Shown here piece by piece: positions 28,601 through 36,427 of a stretch of 64,000 nucleotides of DNA. Within the stretch, counting starts at the first letter, position 1. Every line of letters begins with the position of its first letter. The DNA is from Rhodanobacteraceae bacterium (GTDB lineage Bacteria > Pseudomonadota > Gammaproteobacteria > Xanthomonadales > Rhodanobacteraceae), in the NCBI GenBank assembly GCA_051961995.1, contig JBQCCR010000040.1:14850-78849 (forward strand). Reading direction: 5' to 3'. The notes beneath the pieces were generated by a model that made no database searches, was not told where the DNA came from, and saw only the letters and a list, made by a program, of their open reading frames with translations. Position numbers and translations under genes: made by a program.

Positions 28601-28893
28601 GGCTGCTTGTCGAACACCGGCTTGAACGTGGTGCCGCTGTCGGTGGACTTCCACACGCCGCCGGTGGCCGCGCCGACGTAGATCGTGACCTTGCCATTCT
28701 TCTCCGGCACCGCCGCCACGGCCGAGACGCGGCCGCTCATCGTGGCTGAGCCGATGTTGCGCGCGTTCAAGCCGGAGATCGCGCCACTGTCGAACACGGC
28801 GGGATGATCGGAACCGGCGGCCTGCGCCCCGATGGATGCGAGGCTCAGCGAAACGGCCAGTGCAAGCGCGTTGCGGAATTGAAATCGCTTCAT
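25681..28893 (-). CDS. Secreted BNR/Asp-box repeat protein (sortilin/VPS10-like, double beta-propeller)
   Basis: 1070 aa with a signal peptide and many SxDxGxTW-type repeats (STDSGTTF, TTDGGETW, TTDGGKSW, SSDGGKSW, SDDGGKSW, STDGGKSF, SHDGGSKW, TTDHGKTW, TRDGGAHW, TTDYGKSW, SPDGGAHW). Confidence 0.8.
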   Translation of the reverse strand: MKRFQFRNALALAVSLSLASIGAQAAGSDHPAVFDSGAISGLNARNIGSATMSGRVSAVAAVPEKNGKVTIYVGAATGGVWKSTDSGTTFKPVFDKQPVMSIGAIAIDPNHHDTVWVGTGESWMRNSVSIGNGVYKTTDGGETWKYLGLPNSEHVAKIAIDPKDGDTAYACVPGKLWSDSADRGLYKTTDGGKSWTLVLKGKNLSTGCSGLSMDSKDPNVLFAAMWDFRRKGWTFRSGGPSPDAPSASGLFRSSDGGKSWTEITHDANKGFPTKPYGRIAVTVAPSNPQIVYAMVESTDSALYRSDDGGKSWSERDKSQNMVWRPFYFGNLIVDPTNPDRLFKPDLNLIQSTDGGKSFSDSGGGMHGDNHDDWINPEDPRFVIAGDDGGLWFSHDGGSKWWKANNLPISQFYHVSVDNSDPYHVYGGLQDNSDWVGDSEYPGGITNGRWENMFGGDGFWMFEDPTDSNYIYAESQGGFVGRINRHTHQMQLIQPQAGYKEKLRYNWNTPIAMSPNDKGTMYIGAQFLFKTTDHGKTWDRISPDLTTNNPEQQKQEESGGVTVDNSYAEMHDTIYSISESPKQAGLIWVGTDDGNIQLTRDGGAHWANLTGNVRGIPKGEWVSWIQASPVDAGTAFVAFDRHSFGDMKPYIYKTTDYGKSWTPLLSPNDDKGVRGFAHVIKQDAVDPNLLFAGTEFGLWISPDGGAHWAQFKGSDFPDVPVRDLVVHPRTNDLVVATHGRGIWIIDDITPLRALTPQMLNADATFLPSRPVVQRIQGWGGWPEGDASFSGPNPPDGAVITYYQKSRHLFGKLKLEIYDTDGKLIDTIPGNVRRGINRVTWDMRVKPPRVPPAAQVAFNSAQGPRVVPGAYTIKLVKGDKSYEEKLNIGLDPRDPFTLADRKAQFDAAMKVSDLFGRMTDLDFRIMAVRDGAKARAAQAKDDPALAKQLNALADKADTIRKEIVATKEGGAITGEEREREYLDDVYGAIANYEGAPTDYQLARVDAIAREMGDTAKEFDGLRNNELAKANAALKAKGMPEITVPTNAPADDGGASGGGEMRERDRDAMFERG

Positions 28894-28894
28894 G

Positions 28895-29659
28895 TCACTT
28901 GCTCCCCTGCTTGGTCGCGGCCGCCGGATTCTTCGCCGGGAACGCGAATACCGCGTCCTCCACCGGCACGTTCGCCTGCGCCTTGTCTATGCTGATCTGC
29001 ATCATCTGGTCGGGCGTGGCGCCCTTCGGCCCGGTGGTGATCGCGAACGGGAAGTACACGCCATCCACCTGCTCGTAATCGCCGAAGTCGGTCTGGGTGA
29101 CTTCCTGCGCGCCGCGCACGGTACGGCGCGCGATCTCGCGGATCGGCAGATAGGCATCCGGGTCGAGGTAGACCACCAGCGTGTTGCCGTCCTTCAACTG
29201 CACCTGCAGCTTGTGGGCGTTGGTGCCGTCCACGTCCTCGGTGCCGAGATAGGTGACCGTGTTGCCCTTGGCCTGCGCGTTGACCCAGGCGCCATCGATG
29301 TCGGCGTCTTCGGCGAGCTGCTTGGCATCGTCCGCCGACATCGGGATCGGATCCCGGCGGCCGCCGAACGGCTGGATGCTCCAGCCATGCTGGCCGTCCC
29401 ACGCCATCACTTGCGTGAGGCCCTGCACGCTGGCTTCGTCGCGCACCTTGTCCGGGCGCTTGTGGATCTCGGTGTAGGCCAGCTTGAAGCCGCCACCCGC
29501 GATCAACTGCCCCTGCATCTTCAGCGTCTTGATCGCCTCGAGCTTGTCCATGCCGCCGCGCGCGGCGACGTTCCTGGCAACCAGCTCATCGGCGGTTACG
29601 GCGTAAGCAGAACCCGCGCACGCCAGCAGCGCGAGCGCGAACACGGCACGTGCAATCAT
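28895..29659 (-). CDS. LolA-like outer-membrane lipoprotein-sorting fold protein, exported
   Basis: ATG 29659 (MIARAVFALALLACAGSAYA signal), 254 aa. The N-terminal ADELVARNVAARGGMDKLEAIKTLKMQG is typical of the LolA-like family. Its stop is 1 nt from the BNR gene start. Confidence 0.6.
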   Translation of the reverse strand: MIARAVFALALLACAGSAYAVTADELVARNVAARGGMDKLEAIKTLKMQGQLIAGGGFKLAYTEIHKRPDKVRDEASVQGLTQVMAWDGQHGWSIQPFGGRRDPIPMSADDAKQLAEDADIDGAWVNAQAKGNTVTYLGTEDVDGTNAHKLQVQLKDGNTLVVYLDPDAYLPIREIARRTVRGAQEVTQTDFGDYEQVDGVYFPFAITTGPKGATPDQMMQISIDKAQANVPVEDAVFAFPAKNPAAATKQGSK

Positions 29660-29755
29660 TGCGATGTCTCCCCAGCGGATGTGGAACTGCAAACCCATCA
29701 GTGCGCTAGCGTGACCTGAAACGAATGCAAGCGCGATGGGACGGAAGTCATGTGT

Positions 29756-29840
29756 CCGGTTGCTGGTTTTCGGTTGCCGGTTGCTGGTTGAAATCGCCGC
29801 GACGACCGGCTCTTCCGACAACCAACAACCAACAACCAGC
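29756..29840. repeat. Heptad inverted-repeat element, copy B
   Basis: Five CNGGTTG heptads - AAATCGCCGCGACGACCGGCTCTT - three CCNACAA heptads. The core resembles that of copy A. Confidence 0.8.
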
Positions 29841-29842
29841 TT

Positions 29843-30157
29843 CTAAATGGTGACCTTGCCCTGCAGTGCCTGCCCGAACATCACCCAATCGCCGATCAAG
29901 CTGTACACCGGATGGCGGAAAGTGGCCGGGCGATTCTTCTCGTAGACGAAATGGCCGGCCCACGCGAACCCGTACCCGCACAGCGGCACGCCGATCAGCC
30001 ACCAGGGATTGCGGGTTGCGATCGCGATGGCGATCCACGCGATCACCAGCCACGAGCCGATGAAGTGCAGGCGCCGGCAGCGGCGATCGGTGTGCTCGCC
30101 GAGGTAGTACGGATAGAACTCGCGGAAGCTGGCGAAGTGCGGAGGCATGGAGGTCAC
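29843..30157 (-). CDS. DUF962 (Mpo1/YGL010w-like) membrane protein
   Basis: 104 aa. FREFYPYYLGEHTDRRCRRLHFIG...GHFVYEKNRPATF matches the DUF962 pattern. Confidence 0.7.
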   Translation of the reverse strand: MTSMPPHFASFREFYPYYLGEHTDRRCRRLHFIGSWLVIAWIAIAIATRNPWWLIGVPLCGYGFAWAGHFVYEKNRPATFRHPVYSLIGDWVMFGQALQGKVTI

Positions 30158-30303
30158 GTTCGATACACTCGTCCGTTCGCATTGAGTCCTTCGACAACTT
30201 CAGGACAGGCTACGCTCGCGAAGCGAGCGAACTCGAAACGCCTGCCCTTCTTCGGTCCCGCGGGCCTGCGCTCAGGGGCGAACGGAATCGAATGCCGCGG
30301 CAC

Positions 30304-31182
30304 TCATTTCTCCGGCAGCGGAATGAATTCCTGATCGTCACCGGGAATCAGGCCGAAGCGGCCGCCCGCCCAGTCGCGCTTGGCCTGCTCGATGCGCTCG
30401 CGCGAAGACGAGACGAAATTCCACCACAGGTGCCGTGGTGCATCCAGCGCCGCGCCGCCGAGGATCACCACGCGCGAACCGGTGAGCGCTTGCAGGCGCA
30501 CCATCGCTTTCCCGGGCAGGACGGCCAGGGTTTGCGACTCGACCTTCCGGTCGCCGACTCGCACTGCACCCTCGACCACATACACCGCGCGCTGTTCGTG
30601 CTCATCATCCAGTTCAAACACCGCATCGGCTTGCAGATCGCCGGCCAGATACAACGTGGGCGAAAACACCCGCACCGGCGAGCGCAGGCCTTGAGCATTG
30701 CCGGCCACCACGGTCAGGCGCACGCCATCGTCTTCGATGCGCGGCAGCTCGTCGCCGGAAATATGATGGAACGCAGGCTCGGTTTCCTCATCCGCCTGCG
30801 GCAGCGCCACCTAGGTCTGGATGCCGTGCAAGGGTGCCCCGTCCACGCGTGCTTCCGGCGGGGTGCGTTCGGAATGGGCGATGCCGCGACCGGCGGTCAT
30901 CCAGTTGACCGCTCCGGGACGGATGTCCTGCACGCTGCCCAGCGTGTCGCGGTGGCGCATCACGCCTTCGAACAGCCAGGTCACCGTCGCCAATCCGATA
31001 TGCGGATGCGGGCGCACGTCCACGCCCCTTCCGGCAGGGAAGCGCGCAGGACCCATATGATCGAAGAACACGAACGGGCCGACGCTGCGGCACTGGATCT
31101 GAGGCAGCAGGCGGCGCACATGGAAGCCGCCGAGATCGTGTTCGCGCCCGCGCAACAGCATGATTCGGTCCGTCTCCTGCAC
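30304..31182 (-). pseudogene. Pirin-family protein interrupted by one in-frame TAG
   Basis: The N-terminal ORF (30811-31182) ends ...[11 protein letters not shown]. The next codon starts VALPQADEE..., continuing to the pirin C-terminal cupin (30304-30810). Intact pirins read GxQxWVALP here, so TAG (complement of 30811-30813) replaces TGG (Trp). Confidence 0.8.
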
Positions 31183-31194
31183 TGTCGCAGCCGC

Positions 31195-31278
31195 CTGGTC
31201 GTCGGTTGCAGGGTATCACTTGCGGGAAATACCGGCTCCGGCTCCGGCGGCAACCGGCAACCGGCAACCGGCAACCAG
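31195..31278. repeat. Heptad inverted-repeat element, copy C (four perfect GGCAACC units at 31249-31276)
   Basis: Degenerate left arm CTGGTCGTCGGTTGCAGG, core ...ATACCGGCTCCGGCTCC..., right arm 4 x GGCAACC. Lies in the divergent pirin / response-regulator intergenic region. Confidence 0.75.
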
Positions 31279-31437
31279 ATTGTGGCGGAAAGCAAACACG
31301 TGATCGGCTTTGCATTCGCGCGAGCCGCTCCCGCCGACACTTGCAGGGGTGAAGGGTGCCGCCGCCACGAGCGATCGCGCGGCAGTTCCTGGCCGTACAC
31401 GCTCTCACAATCAGGGGTGGATGCAGGCATGGCAACC

Positions 31438-32586
31438 AATGATCACGCGGTTCGGGTCTGGGGCGCGGAGTGGACCCACAAGTTCCAGACGGTGCTCGAG
31501 CACGGCTGGCCGCTGGCCGAAGTCGCGGCCCTGCATGACGACCTGGATCGCATCGCATCCGCCGCGGATGGGCTGCACGATGACGAGCTGGCGAGCACCG
31601 CGGTGGAGCTTTCGGTTTACCTGTGTTCGTTCGTGGATGACGGCCACAGCCCGGATGCCAACCAGCGCGCCAACCTGGTGCGGATGAGCCGCGCGCTCGG
31701 CGGCGATCGCGCGCCTGTCGCGGTGCAACCGGCGCAGGTGTCGAAGCCCTCCAAGCTCGCGCATCTGCTGTGCGTCAGCGAGGACGCCAGCCTCGTCGCC
31801 GAGATGTGCATGCGTCTGGCCGAGCGCGGCGTGGCGCTGACGGCCCGATCGAACGCGGACGACGCGCTGCAACGCCCGCCCGAACATGGCATGCACGTGG
31901 TGCTGGTGGATCAGGCGCAGCTTGGCGAACTGCAACGGCTGGAACGCGCCGCGCTGCAGCTCGGCGGCAGTGCCGGCCGGCCGCTGTTCGTGGCGATGCT
32001 GCGCGAGAACTCGCTGCAGCAACGCATGTCGGCGCTACGCGGCGGTGCGGACATGGTGCTGGATTTCGAGGACAACCCCGCGCAGCTCGCCGAACGTGCC
32101 GCGCGGGTGCTTCGCGAGCGCGACAGCGCGCCGCTGCGCGCGATGATCATCGACGACGATCGCAGCCAGGCCATGTTCTGCGAAAGCGTGCTGCGCCACG
32201 CGGGCGTGGAGACGCGGCTTTACACCGATGCGCGGCAGGCGCTCGCAGAGTTCGCCGAATTCCGTCCGGAAGTGGTGCTGCTCGATCTCTACATGCCTGA
32301 CATGGACGGCTTGAGTCTTGCCTCCGCTGTGCGCGGGCAGCCGGACGCGGCCAGCACTTCGATCGTGTTCCTGTCCGGCGACCAGGATTCGGAAACGCGC
32401 TTCCAGGCGCTGGCCGCCGGCGGCGACGACTTCCTGACCAAGCCGATTCTGCCGCGCCATCTGGTGGCGGCGGTGCTCACGCGCGGCCGCCGCGCGCGGC
32501 AATTGCACGCCTCCGCAGGGCGGCCGGCGGAAACCGCGAGCGCAGGCGGCAACGTCCGCAACTTCCAGGCTCGCCGCGCAGGCTGA
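31438..32586 (+). CDS. Response regulator: helical N-domain + pseudo-receiver + receiver, no output domain
   Basis: ATG 31438 (MATNDHAVRVW...). C-terminal REC: LRAMIIDDDRSQ...VVLLDLYMPDMDG...DDFLTKP. The 5' part of the 764-aa ORF is antisense to pirin and was rejected. Confidence 0.75.
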   Translation, partial: NDHAVRVWGAEWTHKFQTVLEHGWPLAEVAALHDDLDRIASAADGLHDDELASTAVELSVYLCSFVDDGHSPDANQRANLVRMSRALGGDRAPVAVQPAQVSKPSKLAHLLCVSEDASLVAEMCMRLAERGVALTARSNADDALQRPPEHGMHVVLVDQAQLGELQRLERAALQLGGSAGRPLFVAMLRENSLQQRMSALRGGADMVLDFEDNPAQLAERAARVLRERDSAPLRAMIIDDDRSQAMFCESVLRHAGVETRLYTDARQALAEFAEFRPEVVLLDLYMPDMDGLSLASAVRGQPDAASTSIVFLSGDQDSETRFQALAAGGDDFLTKPILPRHLVAAVLTRGRRARQLHASAGRPAETASAGGNVRNFQARRAG

Positions 32587-32673
32587 TCCGCACACGCGAC
32601 TTCGTTCATCACGCATTGCGCCGGCGCGTGCAAAGTTGATGCACCGCCGGCACGGCGAGGAGCGGAGTCGAAG

Positions 32674-33141
32674 ATGCGCATACACCCGCGGCTGGCTTTT
32701 GCATTTTCCGGCTTGTGCGCCGTTGCCCTGGCCGGCTGCGCCAGCCATCCACAGAAGACACACCCCGCGCGGCCGGTGCCGAATGCGGCGCCGCGTCCGG
32801 CACAGCCGGTGCCGGTCATTCCGCGCAACGAAACGGGCACCGCTCCCAACGAACAATTGCCGCCTGCTCCCAACGGCATGGTCGGCGTGGCGTCCTGCGA
32901 TCAATATCTCTCCACTTACAAGGCCTGCCACCGCGCAGCCGGGATCTTCGCGCCCGGCCAGGTCGAGACGCATTACGAAATGATGCGCGACAGCCTGCTG
33001 CGGGATGCGCGCGACCCGCTCAAACGCGCGACGCTCGATCAGCGCTGCCGCGCGCTGTCGAAGCAACTGCAGGAAGCGTTGCACGGCAAGAGCTGCAATG
33101 CCGTGCCGGTGGCTGCGTCCACCACGGGCACGCATTCTTGA
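32674..33141 (+). CDS. Hypothetical lipoprotein (Pro-rich linker + 4-Cys helical domain)
   Basis: Lipobox VALAGC after a signal peptide. 155 aa. No family recognised. Confidence 0.55.
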   Translation: MRIHPRLAFAFSGLCAVALAGCASHPQKTHPARPVPNAAPRPAQPVPVIPRNETGTAPNEQLPPAPNGMVGVASCDQYLSTYKACHRAAGIFAPGQVETHYEMMRDSLLRDARDPLKRATLDQRCRALSKQLQEALHGKSCNAVPVAASTTGTHS

Positions 33142-33158
33142 CGCACGCGGCGGGGCTG

Positions 33159-33212
33159 TCAGGTTGCCGGTTGCGAGAACGGGCCGAAGCATTCACCGGC
33201 AACCGGCAACCA
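33159..33212. repeat. Heptad inverted-repeat element, copy D (short form)
   Basis: GGTTGCCGGTTGCG - 20-nt loop - CCGGCAACCGGCAACC. Lies 18 nt after the lipoprotein gene stop. Confidence 0.75.
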
Positions 33213-33279
33213 TTCCGGCGGGCCGTAATCGGAACGACTCCACTCCGGTCGGTTAGCTGATGAGTGCCTGGAGGCGCAC

Positions 33280-33783
33280 ATGAACCGTCGCACGTTTCTG
33301 GCTGGCAGCATCGGTGCGCTGGGCTTGAGCGCTTTCGCGCTGATCGCGCGCAGCGCGCAAGACCTGGTCACGGTGGATATCACGCCGCAACCGACGTTCA
33401 AGCTCTCCGATGCGCAATGGCGGCAGCGGCTCGGGCCGGAGCGCTACGCTGTCTTGCGCCAGGCCGCGACCGAACCGCCTTTCAGCAGTCCGCTTGATCA
33501 CGAGCATCGCGCCGGCATTTATCGCTGCGCCGGTTGCGAGCTGCCGTTGTATTCGTCGAAAACCAAATTCGATTCCGGCACCGGATGGCCGAGCTTCTGG
33601 CAACCGCTGCCGCGCGCAATCACCACACGCCGGGATACGAGTTTGATGATGGTGCGTATCGAAGTGCTGTGCCGCCGCTGCGGAGGACACCTCGGCCACG
33701 TGTTTGACGATGGCCCGCCGCCGACGGGCTTGCGCTATTGCATGAACGGATTGGCGCTGCGCTTCGTGCCGAGCTCCGCGTGA
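33280..33783 (+). CDS. msrB: Peptide-methionine (R)-S-oxide reductase MsrB with a twin-arginine signal peptide
   Basis: Two zinc CxxC pairs (CAGCELPLY, CRRCGGHLGH), GWPSF, catalytic RYCMNG. N-terminus MNRRTFLAGSIGALGLSAFALIARSA fits a Tat signal. Confidence 0.9.
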   Translation: MNRRTFLAGSIGALGLSAFALIARSAQDLVTVDITPQPTFKLSDAQWRQRLGPERYAVLRQAATEPPFSSPLDHEHRAGIYRCAGCELPLYSSKTKFDSGTGWPSFWQPLPRAITTRRDTSLMMVRIEVLCRRCGGHLGHVFDDGPPPTGLRYCMNGLALRFVPSSA

Positions 33784-33833
33784 GATGCAAACGACATCGC
33801 TGCTCCCGGCAAGAGCGGCAACTGCCTGCGCGC

Positions 33834-35660
33834 TCACTGCGCAGATGGCTGCACTCCGCGATCCAGATGCAGCGTGGCCCAGGCGAGGTTGTCGGCCAGG
33901 CTTTCCATCAGCAGCAATTCTTCCGATGCGACCGGATTGGTGTCGGCCGCGTACAGGCACAACAAACCGATGGTGCGTGTGCCATCGCGCAACGGCAGGG
34001 TGATCGCCTTGCGGAATCCGTTCGCGCGCGCCGAATCCACCTTCCAAGCAAAACCGGAATCGGGATGCTGGATGTCCTGCACGACAACCGGCTGGCCGCT
34101 GCGCATGGTTCGTCCGCCCGGCCCCCTGCCCGCGACTTCGTCTTCACTTGAGCTCAGGCGCAAATCCTTCAGATATTCCAGACCCGCGCCCGCCCAAGCT
34201 TCCGGCCGAACCGAGCCTGCCGCATCGCTTTCGGCGAATCCCACCCATGCCATGCGATAGCCGCCGGTTTCCACCACGATCCGGCACACCGCATCGAGAA
34301 GGGCCTGACGCTCGGAAGCGTGGATCACCGCCTCGCTGCACCGGCCCAGCATCGCCTGCGCGCGGCTGATGCGCGTGAACTCGCGCTCGGCGATGAGCCG
34401 CGCAGTGATATCACTGGCCATCACCAGCCTTCCCTGCCGGCCGTCGAAGACGATGTCGTCGGTAATGACCTCGACGTCGATCAGACTGCCGTCCTTGCGT
34501 TTGTGCCGCCAGTTGTCAATGTCCTTGCGGCGATAGGTGGGCAAGCTGACCGCCTCGCTGAAGCGCGCAAAGTCTTCTTCCGGACGCAGGTCGAGCGCGC
34601 TCATCGCGAGGAATTCGTCACGCGTGTAGCCGTAGTGCCGCACGGCGGCGTCGTTGACCGCGAGGAAACGCAGCGATTCGCGGTCGAACACCCACATCGG
34701 ATGTGGATTGCCCTCGAACAGCAGCCGATATTGGGCTTCGGATGCCTGCAACTTTTCCAGCATGTGCTGCCGGCCGGCTTCCAGCGCTTCGACTTGCTCG
34801 CTGGCCTGTCGCTTTTCGATCGCGATGCCGACGATCTGAACGCAGGCATTCGCCAGTTCCAGCTCCGCGGCGGTGGGTGCGCGCGGGGTGCGGTAGTACA
34901 CCGCCACCGTACCGAGCACCTCTTGTGTGCTGGACAGGATCGGCACGGACCAGCTCGCGCGCAAACCATAACGCAGCATCCCGTCGCGCCAGTCCAGCCA
35001 GGCCGGATCGTTCGCGATATCGGCGCTGACCACGGTGCGGCGTTCGTGCGCGGCGGTACCGCAGCAGCCCTGCCCCGGCCCGATCTTCGAGCGCTCGAGG
35101 GCGCGGATCAATTCCGCAGGGAATCCGCTGGAAGCGGCATGGCGCAGGTACTCACCTTCGTCGTCCAGCAGCAACACGGTGCAGATCGCCTGGCGATGCT
35201 GTGACTCGATCAGGCGCACGGTCGCGGCCAGCACCTCCTGCAGCGAGGCTCCCTGCGCCATGGTGGCAAGCAGCGCGACACGTTCCTTTTCCAGTGCGGA
35301 GAGACGATGGCGCTCGGTGGCGTCGTGCAGGCTGACGAACCAGGCCGGCTCGCCGTTCCAGAGGGTTTGCGCCAGCCGCATTTCCACGGTCAGGCTCGGC
35401 GCATCGGCACGCATGATTTCGACCTGGCCTGGCGCGTCCTCGCGGAGCGGGTAGCCATAGGCCGAGCCGATCAGTTGCTCGATGCTCCAGCCCAGAAGCG
35501 CAGCGGCGGCGGGATTCGCGTAACGCACCCGCGCATCGGCGCCCACCACCAGCACACCGTCCGGGCTGCGCTCGATCAATCCGCGCCAGGAGGCCTCATC
35601 GGCCTCGACGGGGGCTCGCGGCCCAAGAAGCCATTGCCATCCAGAGATCATGTTCCCCAT
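33834..35660 (-). CDS. PAS-GAF-PAS-GAF sensor protein without a recognisable output domain
   Basis: 608 aa with two PAS-like segments (LIERSPDGVLVVGADARVRYANPAAAALLG; YRLLFEGNPHPMWVFDRESLRFLAVNDAAVRHYGY), each followed by a GAF-like region. No kinase, GGDEF, EAL or HTH motifs seen. Confidence 0.75.
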   Translation of the reverse strand: MGNMISGWQWLLGPRAPVEADEASWRGLIERSPDGVLVVGADARVRYANPAAAALLGWSIEQLIGSAYGYPLREDAPGQVEIMRADAPSLTVEMRLAQTLWNGEPAWFVSLHDATERHRLSALEKERVALLATMAQGASLQEVLAATVRLIESQHRQAICTVLLLDDEGEYLRHAASSGFPAELIRALERSKIGPGQGCCGTAAHERRTVVSADIANDPAWLDWRDGMLRYGLRASWSVPILSSTQEVLGTVAVYYRTPRAPTAAELELANACVQIVGIAIEKRQASEQVEALEAGRQHMLEKLQASEAQYRLLFEGNPHPMWVFDRESLRFLAVNDAAVRHYGYTRDEFLAMSALDLRPEEDFARFSEAVSLPTYRRKDIDNWRHKRKDGSLIDVEVITDDIVFDGRQGRLVMASDITARLIAEREFTRISRAQAMLGRCSEAVIHASERQALLDAVCRIVVETGGYRMAWVGFAESDAAGSVRPEAWAGAGLEYLKDLRLSSSEDEVAGRGPGGRTMRSGQPVVVQDIQHPDSGFAWKVDSARANGFRKAITLPLRDGTRTIGLLCLYAADTNPVASEELLLMESLADNLAWATLHLDRGVQPSAQ

Positions 35661-35840
35661 TGCTGCAACCTCGAATGCGGCGGAAATCGCATTCCGCTCG
35701 CGCGGACACCTGCATGGGCGAGGCCAGCCGCCCCTCTCAAAGTGAGAACCAGTTCATTGGATCCGTCGAGTTTGCGCTTGGACACATTGCGGGTTCGCGT
35801 TTTCCGAATGGAAGGACGGGAATCCTGGCGAATCTGCAAC

Positions 35841-35868
35841 AAAAAGCCCCGGCCTTGCGGCCGGGGCT
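35841..35868 (-). terminator. Rho-independent terminator of cspA copy 1
   Basis: AGCCCCGGCC-TTGC-GGCCGGGGCT hairpin with a U-run on the minus strand (AAAAA on plus, 35841-35845). Lies 27 nt past the csp stop. Confidence 0.85.
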
Positions 35869-35894
35869 TGATGGTTCACGCCGGCGAACCGGCT

Positions 35895-36104
35895 TCAGGC
35901 AGGCTCGACTGCGTCCGCTTGCAGGCCCTTCGGGCCCTTCACCACGGTGAAGGTGACCTTCTGGCCTTCCTGCAGCGACTTGAAGCCGGTGCCCTGGATG
36001 GCGCGGAAGTGCACGAACACGTCCTCGCCGTTCTCGCGGCTGATGAAACCGAAGCCCTTGGCATCGTTGAACCATTTGACGGTGCCGGTCTGACGATCCG
36101 ACAT
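35895..36104 (-). CDS. cspA: Cold-shock protein, CspA family (copy 1)
   Basis: 69 aa: [37 protein letters not shown], with RNP1/RNP2 motifs. Confidence 0.95.
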   Translation of the reverse strand: MSDRQTGTVKWFNDAKGFGFISRENGEDVFVHFRAIQGTGFKSLQEGQKVTFTVVKGPKGLQADAVEPA

Positions 36105-36427
36105 AACTGACTCCTTGCGACTCGAATGTTGAATACACAACGCGTAAACCGCGCGCCTTGTTGCACTGACTAGCGAGCTTGAAGACAGCGATGCGATCGT
36201 TGCAACGGGCCCCATGGACCGCATTGCCCCCGCGGTCCGGCTAACTCAGCGGGCGGATCGTACTGCAAGCCAGAAGGGAAACGCCAGTGCATCCGGGTAT
36301 TTGCGACGGATCGCCGGACATTCCGCGTGGATTAATAGCCGCCCGCTTAATTTGAACTGGCTGACGACCGCCAGCGCCGAACCCGCGGTCGCGCTTCTCC
36401 CATCCAGGACGATCAAGGAGAACCCCC

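Noticed and set aside
26314-28749. 811-aa plus-strand ORF, and many other long ORFs antisense to real genes (for example 16655-18172, 38709-40115, 8982-10619, 12903-14249, 60110-61141).
   Set aside because: Each lies opposite a gene with clear family motifs. The translations are Arg/Ala/His/Gly-rich with no domains, which is typical of shadow ORFs in high-GC DNA.
31249-31276. Heptad tandem arrays considered as a CRISPR or minisatellite locus.
   Set aside because: The units are 7 nt with no spacers, there are only 2-5 copies per arm, they are arranged as inverted arms, and no cas genes are present.
30292-31437. The 5' portion of the 764-aa plus-strand ORF preceding the response regulator.
   Set aside because: It is antisense to the pirin halves and runs through the heptad repeat element. 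Recognisable protein sequence starts only at ATG 31438.
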